DNA of 64,000 nucleotides from Perna viridis (Eukaryota): NCBI GenBank assembly GCA_037379345.1, contig CM074512.1, positions 46,376,001 to 46,440,000 of the forward strand, read 5' to 3'. Shown piece by piece: positions 25,537 to 38,639 of this stretch (position 1 is its first letter; each line of letters starts with the position of its first letter). The notes under the pieces were generated by a model. It saw only the letters and a program-made list of their open reading frames with translations, ran no database searches and was not told where the DNA came from. The position numbers and the translations under genes were made by a program.

Positions 25537-28500
25537 CTACCAACAACAAGTGTGCACAGTGGGAAGAATTTGATGGTAAAAACTGCGTTTGTACATCAGA
25601 CAAAAAGGAACGATGTACATCCGAAGGAGGCGTAGTTTGTGATAACTATGGCAACCAATACAAGTCAAGGTGTTTTGCAGCTCTACAAGTCTGCAATAAG
25701 AAGGATTTTGATATGTCAATCAAGTCATGTGGTACGGTTAATAAAATTTACTTTATAATTTTATATTGTCCTTTTCCTGTTCTTATTTGATGATGTTCTG
25801 TGATACGAATAACGATATGAACCATTGATGACAAATATGAGTTGTCATGTATCTAACGCATGCGCTTTGCCTACCTTCGATTAGTTATGTTCTTTCAGGC
25901 TTTATTTATTTATTCATTTATTGGCTAGCGTAACCATTATCTTTTTAATTTGAGATCCATTTGTATGAGGATTATTGTTGATTGTTCCACACTTTGTCAT
26001 TCAAATGACAGAAAATATAAAACATATTTTTGATGTTTAACATGGATAGAAAATGAAACATAGAGCTGAAATAAATTAAGTAAATTTCTTCATAGATGTC
26101 TCACTTACATTTTTCTCTCACTTCAGATACCTATACGTGATCTATTAAATAAAATGTTTAAATGTTTTCAATTCTAAAGAAGTATGAATCAGATAGTTTT
26201 TTACTATGTAGGTATAATCTGTACAACATTTATTTCTGCAGGTGCGTGTGAAATGTTGAGATTGACAGATGGGGGTATAGTACCAACAGATAGAAACCTC
26301 ATAGTATTTCAGCGTGTCGATATCGGCGATAAAGGCATTAAGACTACATATAAAGCCATAAATCATCCGCAGAAACCTATGGTTTATTTCGACGAAAACT
26401 TTGATCGTTGGGTTATCGGTAGGTGTGGTAAAAAAATGCTTGTTACTGGAATGTTACTAGTTTTTCCTCATCTTGCATGCACATTACCTACAGATAAGAT
26501 CAGTTCTAACCTCTCACAAAATTGACAGACTATGAACATTTTAGCCACCTCTTTTGACAGTTCTAGCAGTATAGCTGCTCTAATAGTAGAACTGTTCTCG
26601 TAGAGCCGGCACTGCTAGAACTGTCTCTAGAACTCTTCTCGTAGAGCCGGCACTGCTAGAACTGTCTCTAGAACTGTTCTATGATACTTTTAGAAGAGTG
26701 GTCAACTCAGTCTTAGACTAAATGACAGATGAAGTAAACAATTTGTTCCGTTGTTACGTGATAAGATTTTGATATCGACAGGAACACTTTTTAAGAGATC
26801 GAATAAGGTACACCTTCTTGTATCCTTGGTTAATAAGTCGAATGACAAGTTCATGATCGCGTTTTTTTTGTAAATCTACCTAATTGGTGCAGGCCCTAGT
26901 ATATCTTATTAACCGTGATATGTAAGCTCCATACGCAGGAGAAGCTGGTACATGTATATTGATGCATGTACGAGGAAACTAATGTTAAAATTTGCTCGTC
27001 TTCTTAACCATTATATTATTACTTCTTTTTTCGAGTTGCCCATTTACTTTTGTTGCTTCGTATTATTTGGTTATTTTGTGTTTGGTGTGTCTGTTTTCCA
27101 AGTCTGGTCTTTGTTCTTTGATTTCCGCTAGATTCCCTTGATTACTCTTTCCAAAATTATGTAATATGTATCAATCTTATTTAAAAAGTGTTCATTACGT
27201 TCATAATTATCGCCGTGTTCCATGTTCTGACATTGTTATGAATTGATTCCTATAACCAAAATTTCATCATATTAGAATATGGATTATCTTTCTTGATGTG
27301 TCATTTAAAAAATAGGTAAAAATACAGGCGGTAACGATTCCATTGGAATGGTGCAAGAAATGATGTCAGAGTATCCACAAGACAACGATGGTGGTATGTT
27401 GGTTGCGAAAAAGAACAGTACAGGGACCACCTTTGTTCTAGATTCTAACCTGCGATTAGAATGCTACAACGGTATGAGTAAGGCAGCGCTGCGCGTTGCT
27501 TATAGAAATGATACATCATTTATAATATACGGTAAAAAAGGGTATCAGAAAGCTTTATTATGTTTTTGCTGTGGCCTGTTTTGTATGTTTTGGTTTCCGT
27601 TTTTTTAAACGACATTTATTTATGAGTTAGCTCCCTTTTTCCGTAAATTTTTAAATTAATGTCATTTTTTATTAAGATTATTCCCTATAAGCCATAAGCT
27701 ACAAAAACAAAGCGGTCGTTTTTGATTTTCATGTCATTTATAGACATAAATATATATTTTAACAATTCATTGTAAGTAATGGAAGAAAAGTGTAATGTTT
27801 CTGTTTTCTGTAGTAGTTTTGTGTGATTATAATCACACATTGTAGCTATTTAAAATATCTATGAAGGAACGATAAGTAATTAATTTTCAAATATATATTT
27901 TTTTACGAAATCTAAAAAAAACCTTCAAATCCCAGTATCATATGTTAGATGATGCAATAATTTTCATTTTATTATACATTTATTTCATACCATTCATCTA
28001 AAGATTTTCTTTTCCAGCAACTCTGCATGGGATACAGAAGAGGTTTCTGTTCACGTAAGTGGATAAGGTATCCATTATATGTGCTTAAATATCAAAAACA
28101 AAAACAAGTTGGATTTATTTCAGCCCATCCAGATTATAGCTTGCTTACTTCTATAATTGAAGAAAGAAAGGGAACAAATGCACCAGCGTAAAACCCAAAT
28201 ACAAAATGTAAATACTTTCAGAGATCACCAAAAACAATCGTAAAGAACCCTTAAGAAAGCCCTGAAAGGCCCCGACAAAAAGTAATAAAATCCACCGAAA
28301 CAGCACGATGACATTTCTTCAAAATTAAACCAGAAAAATCATATAATGAGACAAAGGTGTATTGATGACCAACATGTTCATCTTCGGTGAAGTAGGTCAT
28401 GGACAATATCTGTTTGGACGGAAAATCATAAATATTAGAATAATGCCGGCCCTATTGTAACAGTTCTTGGTACACTGAAGAACTAGATTGGCCCTATAGT

Positions 28501-31345
28501 AACTGTTATGCATCACAACAATATTTTGAAAAGAAGTTAACATTAACTTGAAAAATTTCCCGACTATTTTTAAACCGTTCATGTTAATGGTCATTCAGAT
28601 TCTTTTTCGCCATGCCTTTTCAGTCCTCTACTTTAAAGTGTTTTGTAGTTTACTATGCTAAGAAGTAGAATGCTACAAATCTTTTCAGACCTATCCCTTA
28701 TTATCCTGACTCTTACGTTGACCAGTGCTGAACTCTTACAAAATATTTTTTTGCAACTTTCAGTTTGATATTCACTATCGTATCGGTGGCCGTTGCGGCT
28801 ACAGCAACAATTCTAAAAGTGGTACAGAGTAAAAGAGGCTGTTTGTACTATCCTAGTGTGTGCACTTTAAGGTATGTTAAATTCTAGTTATGACAATATG
28901 AACAAATATGGCAGATTTCGAAAAAAAGGATGTGAGGATACTTTCAGTAGGTTTAATTGTTACATTTGCCAATATGGCAAAGAAAGAACTATATATATTC
29001 AACGCATCGTGATTAAAATTAAGATGGTTCCAGCCCGAATTCAATTTTCTTCATTTTGATATATGGTCACGATGTTTTACCCTTATTTAAAAAATGGAGT
29101 CACCGAACACATTTTCTCGTAAGTGGGGCACAAAATAGGGAAATTTCCACTTAAAAATGATTACCCATTTCCTTTAGATTGTGTAGTGTATGCAGAATAT
29201 ATACATCTGAAAAATTTCCCGACTGTTTTAAACCGCATATTTTAATGGTCATTTAGATACTTTTTCCCCATATGTTTGAATATTTGGTCATAAAAAATCG
29301 ATGGATTGGAATTAGAATTCAAATAAGGTTATTTCATTTCCATTTTAATACTAAATTGCTATTCAAAAAGTAGTTTGGCCAATAAAAATAGATAGCACTT
29401 GAAATATTGCCATATTTGTGATACTTGATAATTTTCTTGTCATGGAGGTATCTCCCCTTTTCGATGCTTTTTGTACTTTAGGACACTTATATTGAAAAGA
29501 AATGGAAATTGTTCACAATGCACATTTCCATGATGAATTCGCATGAAATAGTTTTCAGATTCCCTAAAAGGAGAAAATTAGAAATTTAGAAATTGCACTA
29601 TGTAGGGTAGCCATCTTTAACTGTAGAACTTGTTTTTCCTTAGATTGTTTTGATTTATTGCGCATGCACCAGACTTTTTCTCCTTAGACTTATCGAATTT
29701 AATGACAACTTTCGTTTACTGTAAATATACGTGAAAAAAGTATTAATCTGCTTAATCAAGGATTAATTATGGATTGTGTTAAAATGGAATAAAAATAACC
29801 GACCACTTTACTGTACAATATTATAGAGATGAAGTAAAGAATCAACTTCAACCAGAAGTAAAAAGTCTAAAAGATCGGTTCAGGAGAGAATACGGAGATC
29901 CTTTAGTCATAAAAAAGGCAGCAGAAGATATTCAAGACATGGTTCTTGATATCAATGAAGCAATAACGTCAATAGAAAAACTACATACCTCAATAGACGA
30001 GAACATGTCCAAATTAACTGACCTTATACTTGACCTTAGTCCAATAGCTGATATTGACGTTCCGAAAAATAGCCTTGCTGAGTATGATCAGTGGAAATCA
30101 AGTATGGAATTCGGTGCTGCATTGTCAGTTGTATTCTTCGAAATCGATTTGGCAATAACGTTGGCAACTTTGCCTTCCCTTTTAGCAACAACCGTCAGTA
30201 TGGTGACTGTTGGATTGGCGGCATTTACAGCTGTCGTTGCTATTGGATTTGCTATTGTTGATATCGTCAGTAGCGTCATAGAAGAACGAAAAATAAGGGA
30301 TAAGCTTCGGTCAGCGAAATCAACTCTTTTAAGAGCTAAAAATGACTTTAATAGAGCTTTCACTACAATGAAGAACTTTCAAAAAACATTCTGTAAAACT
30401 ATCATTAAATATTTAAAAGAGCTGGCAGATAAGGGGCGGCAGTACCATAGTGTGTTTTCAAATCTGGCAGACCGTTTGCACGCATTATATATGAATGTGC
30501 CTCGTTCTTGTGATTATGAGTACTTTTATTCTAAAAGTAAAGCGTCAATGCTAATTAACTTGAAAGCGTATTATGTTAAACCATTGAAAGATTATTTAGA
30601 AACGAAAGAAGACGAATTAAAAAGAACCATAGCAGAGGTAGACAAAATAAAGGTTTTTCTTGAAGCAGTCACCTTTGATATAAAGAAACATAAGAAACAC
30701 CCACAGAAAATATTCGAATTTGCTATGACCCATCAAAAGCAACTTACGATGAAACTTTTTCCGAATTATTTCACATTTCTTCGGAAAATAGCTGTTGATC
30801 TTATACCTCGAGTATCATGTTACTGGGGCATAAGTTTACAAGGTATAAGAACTAATACCATTACTGCTGGAAATTTTAGGAATGCCGCAGTTTGTAAAAG
30901 TTCAGAACTATTTTTAACTGATTCTATTATAAAGATCAAAGTTTCCCAGGGTATTATTCCTTGCTCTATATTCAGCCGTATTAAGGGTCCAGTCTTCACA
31001 TCCAAAACGAGTGTCTTGAGGTATATTGCTCAGTATACTTCACCTCGTGCTACATGTTATTGGGGCTACGACTTAAAAGATTTACGGAGCCAGCCAAACG
31101 GAATCATCACCAATTACGAAAATGCGGAAATATCAACAGCGATGTACAGTACGTTAAGTTTCATACCGGAAGTTAATGTTGCATATGGTATGATGTGTAG
31201 TCAGTACAAAATATGCGACAGGAAATGGCAAAACTTTATTCTATGTTCAAATCCGTCTTCCCGAAAACTGTTGCAGTGTAGTAGCGAAGAAACTGGTACG
31301 GGAACAGGGTGTTTACCCCCAAAAAGGAAAACGCAATCATGTTAA
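25537..31345 (+). CDS. Multi-exon (>=6) uncharacterised protein: FIMAC/Kazal-like module, KR site, hydrophobic peptide, coiled coils, hydrophobic hairpin, Cys-rich C-terminus (exons 25537-25731, 26242-26418, 27316-27471, 28018-28054, 28764-28871, 29827-31345)
   Basis: All junctions are GT-AG and phase-consistent, giving ~730 aa open into the 468-aa ORF. The first exon encodes CAQWEEFDGKNCVC..C..VVC..YKSRCFAALQVC..SC. AATAAA lies ~130 bp after the stop. Confidence 0.8.
26586..26680. repeat. Intronic 41-bp tandem duplication
   Basis: tagaactgttctcgtagagccggcactgctagaactgtctc twice plus a partial unit. Confidence 0.75.
27030..27150 (+). mobile_element. Short Penelope-like 3'-end fragment (intronic)
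   Basis: cgagttgcccatttacttttgtt..gtctgttttccaagtctggtctttgtt..cccttgattactcttt, matching 61795-61930. Confidence 0.6.
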
Positions 31346-32316
31346 TAATCGATATGAAAACAAGCTGAAGACAGCTGTCATTAATTTTGTCAGTTAATAG
31401 CTAGAAATATATAATGAATTTCTTGTAGAGGAATCTATTAACATGTATAATGTTACTGTTTGAACAAATAAATAAAACACTTATAATATAATTAACGTTC
31501 GTTTGTATTGTATTGTACGGCTCAAATACACAGATGTCAGCGCTTAACAAGATAAAATGATCTTACATTAAATGTATTCTTTTGAAACAAACGCTTGCAC
31601 ACGCTAAGAACTTGGTGCATTTGACCCATACGCACTGGCGTCTTTGTGTCACTAACATTTTTTGCTATGGACTTGTCGATTCTAAAACAGTAATTTAATA
31701 TTCACGTGACTTTTTAACAAACGGGTGTGCATAAAATGTCTTCAATAGATTTCCGGAATTTTTCATTTTTCAAGTCTTCTACAGACTTCTATGCTATGGA
31801 GAATCAGATTTTTCGTCAGTGTATTCTTGACTCCACATGAAAAAAATAAGACTTTATATAATGACATGTTCACTTAAACTCGGACATAGAAATTCTCGAG
31901 AGAAAAATTTTACTTTACACTCATAACAGAAGGAGTATCTGTTTGAGCACTAAAATTGCCCGTAGGAAAACAGGAACACATTTTTAATTTGTTTTATGAA
32001 CATATAAAACGCAAGTCATTACCTTTATTTGGAGATCGGTTCATAAGGTACAATAACAAATATGACAAAGGTCAAGCATTTTGTTTGAATGATAAGTATG
32101 ACAAGGAAAAGGAAAGAGATAATTTCTTCAGTTTCTTATTTTATTACCTAAACACTTAATTGCTACGGATGTGTGTTAGAGTAATGATTGACCGAAAGGA
32201 AATCTGTTCGGATATAGAAAATTAACAACAATGTATTTACAATTTCATAATCATTTAAAATTAATATTGAATGAATGCCAAATAATAAATAAATAATCAG
32301 GTCCGGTTTTATCCAG

Positions 32317-35300
32317 TTTGGCTCACCTGGTCCGGAAGGCCATGCGAGCTATTATCATCACTTGGTCGTCGTTGTTGTCAACATTTTTTAAAACTCTTCT
32401 CCTCTGACACCATTGTACCAATAAGAAACGAACTTAGTACTATATGACTCCTCAGGCTTTCTAGTTGCACTAAAGTAAAACCTCAGTGGCAGAACAATCT
32501 GTCCGGAATTTGACCGATCCGATTCTAAAATTATAGTCTTACTGGTTGAAATTTTGGTTTTGCGCCGAATTTCTTTTCAGCGTTATTGCTTTTTTTTAAT
32601 TCTAGTGATATTTTTTACGCCACCTGGTGGATAGAACTACATTGAGTCGCGTATGACTACAATGCCAGCAAATTTTGCAAAAGAAAATTTTACTTTCTGC
32701 AAGTATATCTCATCATGCTGAACACTTTTATGTTTTTTTTTGTTTTTTTTTTGTTTTTGTTTTTTTTTTTGGGGGGGGGGGCTACACCTAACAATTTTGG
32801 AGATATATGCGAAAAACGCTCATCTGGTCCCTAAGTTCTATTTTCAGTAACAGCGGTCATGCTTTTTTGTCGGATCAAAAATCTCCACATCTGTTCTGGT
32901 CAGAATACCAATCGGAACTACTCGGTCATTTCCGCTACGCTAAAAAAAATAACCTCGGGTGCAAAAAGGAGAATAAAAACAAGGCTACCGCTAAAAAATA
33001 TATATATATAATGGTCAGACAGCAGTTTTTCGCATAAAAAACTCCAAAACCTTTAGGTTTAACCCAATTTTTTTTTTTGGCTATTTTTTTATAATATTAC
33101 AAGTGTGGGCGCAGACTGGCATTGCCCGAGGGGAAGTATGGACGGAGACTGGTATTGTCCGGAGGAAATTTGGACATCTATACGATTCGTCTTGAACGTG
33201 TTTGCATTGTCTAGAATACTTCTCCATTTATTGATATCAATAATTGAATTATGCACATGTCGATAAATATCCATTAAGATGTGTTACTGAACATCTAAAC
33301 GCGGAACAAATTCCACTATGAATTGCCATTAGACAAGTCATATACATGTTACAATGCTTCTTCCTTGAAGGTGTACTTGCATGGATGTGTTGAACTTGCT
33401 ATGTCATGTTAAGGATTGGCCATTTTCTTTATGCAGGTCAGCTTGATAAAATTCTGAACTCTCAGTTTCTTTAGATTAAAAGAAACCTACAGTGCGATAT
33501 TTGTCAGTTACATGGATAGCCTTTATTTTAAAGTGGTAGGGGTCATAAACTCAAAATCTAATAAGAGCATTTCTTTAATAGTTAGTAAAATCATATCAAA
33601 ATTTCATAACAATTGATCAACCATAACTAAAATCATTGCACGAAAACCAAGTGAATATGGACGACGACACGGACGCCGCCGACAGTGACGCCGCTGTCAG
33701 CACCATGCAAATATACATGTACAATGTTTTGCGGTGACACTATTATATCAAATATATACATACATTCCATAAAAAAAAGCCTGTCAATTACTCTTCTCTA
33801 GGACCAACAAGGTAGTGTGTGATTTGCGAAGAATTTACATCTAAAAGGTCTTTGTTTTCACATACCTAGTTAAACAGTTCTCTAGCAAAAGAGAATAAAA
33901 CTGCATAATGGAAAAAATTCCCACTTACAGTCATGTACTCAACAGATAACATTCGAAATTCTTATGAAACAAAGTAACAATACCGGTATATGAAGAAATT
34001 TAAGACTAAATCCATCGATACTGGCTCACAGTTAACATTTAAAATCAATATTTCAAATAAATCTTGTATCAAACGATTTTAATCAACTTCTAAGTAGTTA
34101 CAGACATTTGTAGCCTGAAAAAATTGTTTCCTTGCACAAAAACTGTATGCTATAGTACTTGATTTGAAGCTGTATAAAATATATCCAGAGGTCACAATTT
34201 AATAAAACTAAGTTATTTTTACGTGTGTAGTATAAATGTCTTGATACTAAACAAAACCATCATCCTTTCAACGCTCCGTGCAGGTTCGAGTGTCAAATAA
34301 AATAGGCCTACAGCAGCGCTAAGCTTGTCGTAAAAGGCGACTTAATAGTGCTCAGAAACCTAGCCGGGGACTAGGCGCTCTACCCACAGAGCAACTGGGA
34401 TGTGTGCCCCAAGTGGTGGAATGGGGTACCCCTGGCATGTTACATGCTGGGGTTGTCAGGCTACAATACGGAAAACCTGACCACAAACCATAGTGGTGCA
34501 CCGTGTTGGGAAAGATGCCACGTTCCTTGCACATTAAGAACCCTGCTGTGATATTCGATAGGAGTAGGAACCTTTGCGCTCCGCCACAGGAGGCTAAATT
34601 ACCCGATCCTACCCATCCCTATCTTTTTCTTGTGGCAATCAAAATTTGTCGACCCTATTGTCCTTAAGTCCCATCCCTTTTTTCATTTCATCATCATCAT
34701 TTCATGTTCATCCTTTTCATGTTCATCGCCTGAATATAGCTGAAATATTGCTGCTCGGGCGTTAAACCCCAACAATCAATCAATCAATCATCCTTTTAAC
34801 AGAAATGCGATTCATCCATATTTGTCTATCTGCAAATACATGTATAAGAAATGAAAAAGAGTAGACATTTATTTTTAATACTTTACAAAAATAATCAAAA
34901 ATATTTTTTAACGTACATTTAGTTGTATATCAATGCCTAAAATTGTTGATTGAGTGTATGGTGTTACTCTAAATCTATTATCATATACAGTAAATCTAAC
35001 TGTGCAATTCAAAATCAATGTTTATTGAATATTATAAGGAACACATCATCTGACATCACTATGGCTATAAAACATTTTTAAAGAACATTGCATGTGCAAT
35101 GTATTTTATCTTGCATGCACATATGTGTACAATATCATAATACAATGAGCTCATATCACCGCCATCAAAACAAAAAATATCTCAAACGCCGAATCAATTG
35201 AGAGATTTGGTCGTGGACTAAGTCTAAAATTATTACAATGTAGTTGTTTAGTCTGCATATTTGGTTTTCATTGTATTCTGAGTTTGGTGTAACTATAATG

Positions 35301-35919
35301 ACTTATTTCATTTCAAAAGGTTTAAATAAAATTAAATCCCTACCTACCCACCCTACAAAATTTCAGAATGGTGATCGGAAACATAACTTTATTTTTTTCG
35401 GCCTTGCAGATTTCTCATCAATTGACTGGCATGCACCAACAAGTTGACTTACCTATCTGGCTTACATGCACTTGAAACTGTCGAAAAGAATGTTGCTGGG
35501 TCAAAGATTCAGCAAATGCTGTAGGTTTAACAGTATTGGGTATTTATGTTAGCACGAAAACAAAAATTAAACCAAGTGTAGGAATAGTCAGCTGATGGTC
35601 AGCGTCTCTCATATCGTGCAAATGATTGGTTAAAACTAGAAAGATTACGAAAGATTTTTAAGGGATTTTAGTGGTTTATATTCACAAAGAGAATCGAATT
35701 ATCAACTCAATTGAAAGGCAAAAAAATTATGTTTTAGCAGTTTTCAGCCAATATCTTGAAAACTATGATAGATAGAATAAAACTTTCAATGATGAGATTA
35801 TCCTTATGATAAGTCCTACCAAAGTCAAATTATCGGACAGCTCCTTATTAGAATTATTTCCCTTGAAAGACAAAAAAATTAACCAGGTGAGCGAATCAGG
35901 CTCCTGAAAGCCTCTTGTT
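32317..35919 (+). mobile_element. HINE/Helentron-type non-autonomous element with nested insertions
   Basis: 5' tttggctcacctgg..gtcgtcgttgttgtc microsatellite; 3' ccaggtgagc (perfect inverse of gctcacctgg) + hairpin aggct..agcct + cttgttt, the typical bivalve HINE ends. The two ends may belong to different copies. Confidence 0.55.
34273..34786 (+). mobile_element. ~510-bp retroposon, copy B
   Basis: TSD atcatccttt(c/t)aac (34259-34272 / 34787-34800) and a (CAAT)n tail. Confidence 0.92.
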
Positions 35920-36318
35920 TTATTCATAAACGAAAAATAATAAATTGCACGTATTGTATATTCTGACTATTGGGGAATAACTGCATCTTCTAGAATTTGT
36001 TATCAATAATGAGAACGTATGAAACTGAATTGTATTGCTATGTTTGAAAGGGTTCTGTTAATTGACTAAACATACTTTAATTCTAGAAATAAAGGCATAG
36101 ATATAAACTGTTTTTGTGTATATTTTTGATTTCGAAAGGAATTTTCAACAACCAAATAATTGACTGGTTATGTTTGGGCAACTTAAATTATTTTGTACAA
36201 ATTTGGTACTGAAACGCCATTAGGTTGTACTTCAAATAATGCCAGACAAAATCACGTTAAATCATAATTTGGACTGGTCGATTAAAAATTTATGAATTGT
36301 TGTTGAAGTTGTCTATAT

Positions 36319-37122
36319 TGTTACGCCCGGTGAATTTCAGTATCGGACATATTATTTTCAATTATCGGTTTCGTGTGATATTCTCATTCACCGGTATTTT
36401 TACATACAGATATTCGGTCATTTTTCGCAATGCTTGGTGCTTGGACTGAAGAATTGTTTTACCTGTTATAAATAATATTTGTAATTATCATTTTATCGTT
36501 GTCCCGAACACACTTGACTGTATTATTGTTAATTTATCTCCGTGTTCGGAGTTGCACATCGAATTCGGCGCCATTCCTTGTGATGTGTAACTGTGTGTAG
36601 TTATTTACTGTTGTTTGTGTACTACGTCATGTCCTAGTTACGATGTAAATAAATAGCGTAGGCGTACACCAAGCTGTCATCTGTTCCTTTGATCTTTTGA
36701 CAGACAGTTGTAGAAGCCAATTGGCTTACTGCGTAAATTATGGCACAGAGTCAAATTAGTTTTGGCCAGAAACTGGTAATTTCTAATTATTTGTAAACTT
36801 TTATGCTGCTATTATTTATTATCTCCAGACTGCTCCGACGCCTGCTGGGGCTTACTTTTCGAGGAAATTAATCCAAGTAAACTTTTGGCAACACCAACTA
36901 AAAGTGTTTGGTGCTGCACCAAGTGAATTACTTGGTGCACAAATTATTACTTTAATCCTTATAGAGTAAGAGATATTGAGTTTTTATTGATACCTATGTA
37001 TGCAGAGTTTAAGATTGCTAATTATATAAATTATTGAACTTCCATCCAATCTTTATTATTATTTCCTACACCAGGGACCCACAAAAATTATAGTCAACTC
37101 CCAAAATATTTGGGGCGTTACA
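36319..37122 (+). repeat. 5' LTR (804 bp)
   Basis: tgttac...gttaca; about 25 substitutions by eye versus the 3' LTR, plus a ~145-bp deletion. Confidence 0.95.
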
Positions 37123-37123
37123 T

Positions 37124-37141
37124 TGGTGTCAGAAGTGGGAT
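37124..37141 (+). promoter_or_regulatory. Primer-binding site, tRNA-Leu
   Basis: TGGTGTCAGAAGTGGGAT, complementary to the tRNA-Leu 3' end ATCCCACTTCTGACACCA, 1 nt after the LTR. Confidence 0.85.
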
Positions 37142-37192
37142 ACGCAGATTTCTTTTAAACCTGGTGTAGTTTGAAAAATAAAATTTTGGAAA

Positions 37193-38632
37193 ATGGACGA
37201 TTCAATTCAGTCAGATACTATTCAATTTGCTGAAAATGATAGAGTGATGAATGAATTACCAGAGAGTAACCGTTCGCGGAGATCTGAAATATCTCACCAT
37301 TCACAATCACATGCTGAAACTCCCCGCTCGGAAAGAGATATTTTTCATTTATTGAGAACTGTTGTAAGAGACACATTTAAAATTATCACCGAGGAAAATG
37401 CTACCAATCTTGCAATAATGCAGGAAACTTTTCAAAATAAATTTTCAAATTTAAAAGATTACATGAAACAGCAGGTATCAAACATATTTCAAGAAATGAA
37501 CTGTATTCGTACAAAACAAAATGATGATTTGGAGAACAAATTTTATGAGTCTTCTGAAATACGATATATTACACCGGTTGTAAATCAATCTGCACCAAGA
37601 CAAAATACATGCAGTAGTCACGCTTCATTAATTCATCAAAATAATAACAATATTAGTAAACATGCTGTCATGCAATCTCAATCAGTTGGTAATAATGTTT
37701 CAAGAATAAACATGAAACCTCAACCATATGATGGTAGTGATGATATTGAAGAATATTTAAATAAATTTCAAATTTTATCTGAAATAAATTGCTGGAATTA
37801 CAATACCAAGCCTCTTTGCTTGGCTGGTAGTTTGAAAGGGATGGCTCGAGCTATTTTAAATGAATTAGATGAATTTCAGAGACGTGATTTTGACAGTCTT
37901 ATCAATGCATTGCATAACCGATTTGGTTCTTTGCATAGATCTGAAATATTTAGGGCTCAATTGCAGACTAGAATGAGAAAAGAAAACGAATCTCTTTCTG
38001 CCCTTTGTCAGGAAATTAAAAAGTTAACAAGGTGTGCTTATCCCGGGGCTCCTTCTTCTGTAACCAATGTTCTAGCTCTTGATCAATTTATTGATGCATT
38101 GCAAGAGCCTGACATGAGATTAAGAACAAGGGAAGCTCGGCCAAGAAATATAAATGAAGCTGAAATACTAGCAGTCCGGTTAGAAACCTTTAAACAAGCA
38201 GACAATCACCGAAGTAAAAGTAATTTTGGGGCTGGTGATGAGAAATCTGTCCTTCCTGTTGGGGCAGAAAAATATACATCTTGTGGAGATGTCAAACCAG
38301 AAATACAGTCAAATGCTGGAATTGAGAAAATTGTGGATGACATAAGAAAAGAGTTATCCACCTTGGCTTATGAAATTAAACAGTATAAAAATTCTAAGTT
38401 TCAAAATAAGGATTTCTATAGTAACGGAGGGCAAAATCAGCATAAAAATTATCAAAATAGACAGTCTTATCAAAGCAATCAAAGCAGGGGGAATAACTTT
38501 AATCAGAGTTATAACCAGGGCCGTAAAAATGGTAATGGACAAAATTTTCATCAGGGACAGGGAAACTCTCAGCAGTCGAATTCATGGGCCAGAACTCGAC
38601 ATCAACAGAACGGCCCATTGCAGTCCAAATAA
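37193..38632 (+). CDS. gag: Gag-like protein (479 aa, open)
   Basis: KPQPYDGSDDIEEYL..F..N.W...L.GSL.G.A capsid-like motif, N/Q-rich C-terminus, and position after the PBS. Confidence 0.85.
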   Translation: MDDSIQSDTIQFAENDRVMNELPESNRSRRSEISHHSQSHAETPRSERDIFHLLRTVVRDTFKIITEENATNLAIMQETFQNKFSNLKDYMKQQVSNIFQEMNCIRTKQNDDLENKFYESSEIRYITPVVNQSAPRQNTCSSHASLIHQNNNNISKHAVMQSQSVGNNVSRINMKPQPYDGSDDIEEYLNKFQILSEINCWNYNTKPLCLAGSLKGMARAILNELDEFQRRDFDSLINALHNRFGSLHRSEIFRAQLQTRMRKENESLSALCQEIKKLTRCAYPGAPSSVTNVLALDQFIDALQEPDMRLRTREARPRNINEAEILAVRLETFKQADNHRSKSNFGAGDEKSVLPVGAEKYTSCGDVKPEIQSNAGIEKIVDDIRKELSTLAYEIKQYKNSKFQNKDFYSNGGQNQHKNYQNRQSYQSNQSRGNNFNQSYNQGRKNGNGQNFHQGQGNSQQSNSWARTRHQQNGPLQSK

Positions 38633-38639
38633 GCAGTTG

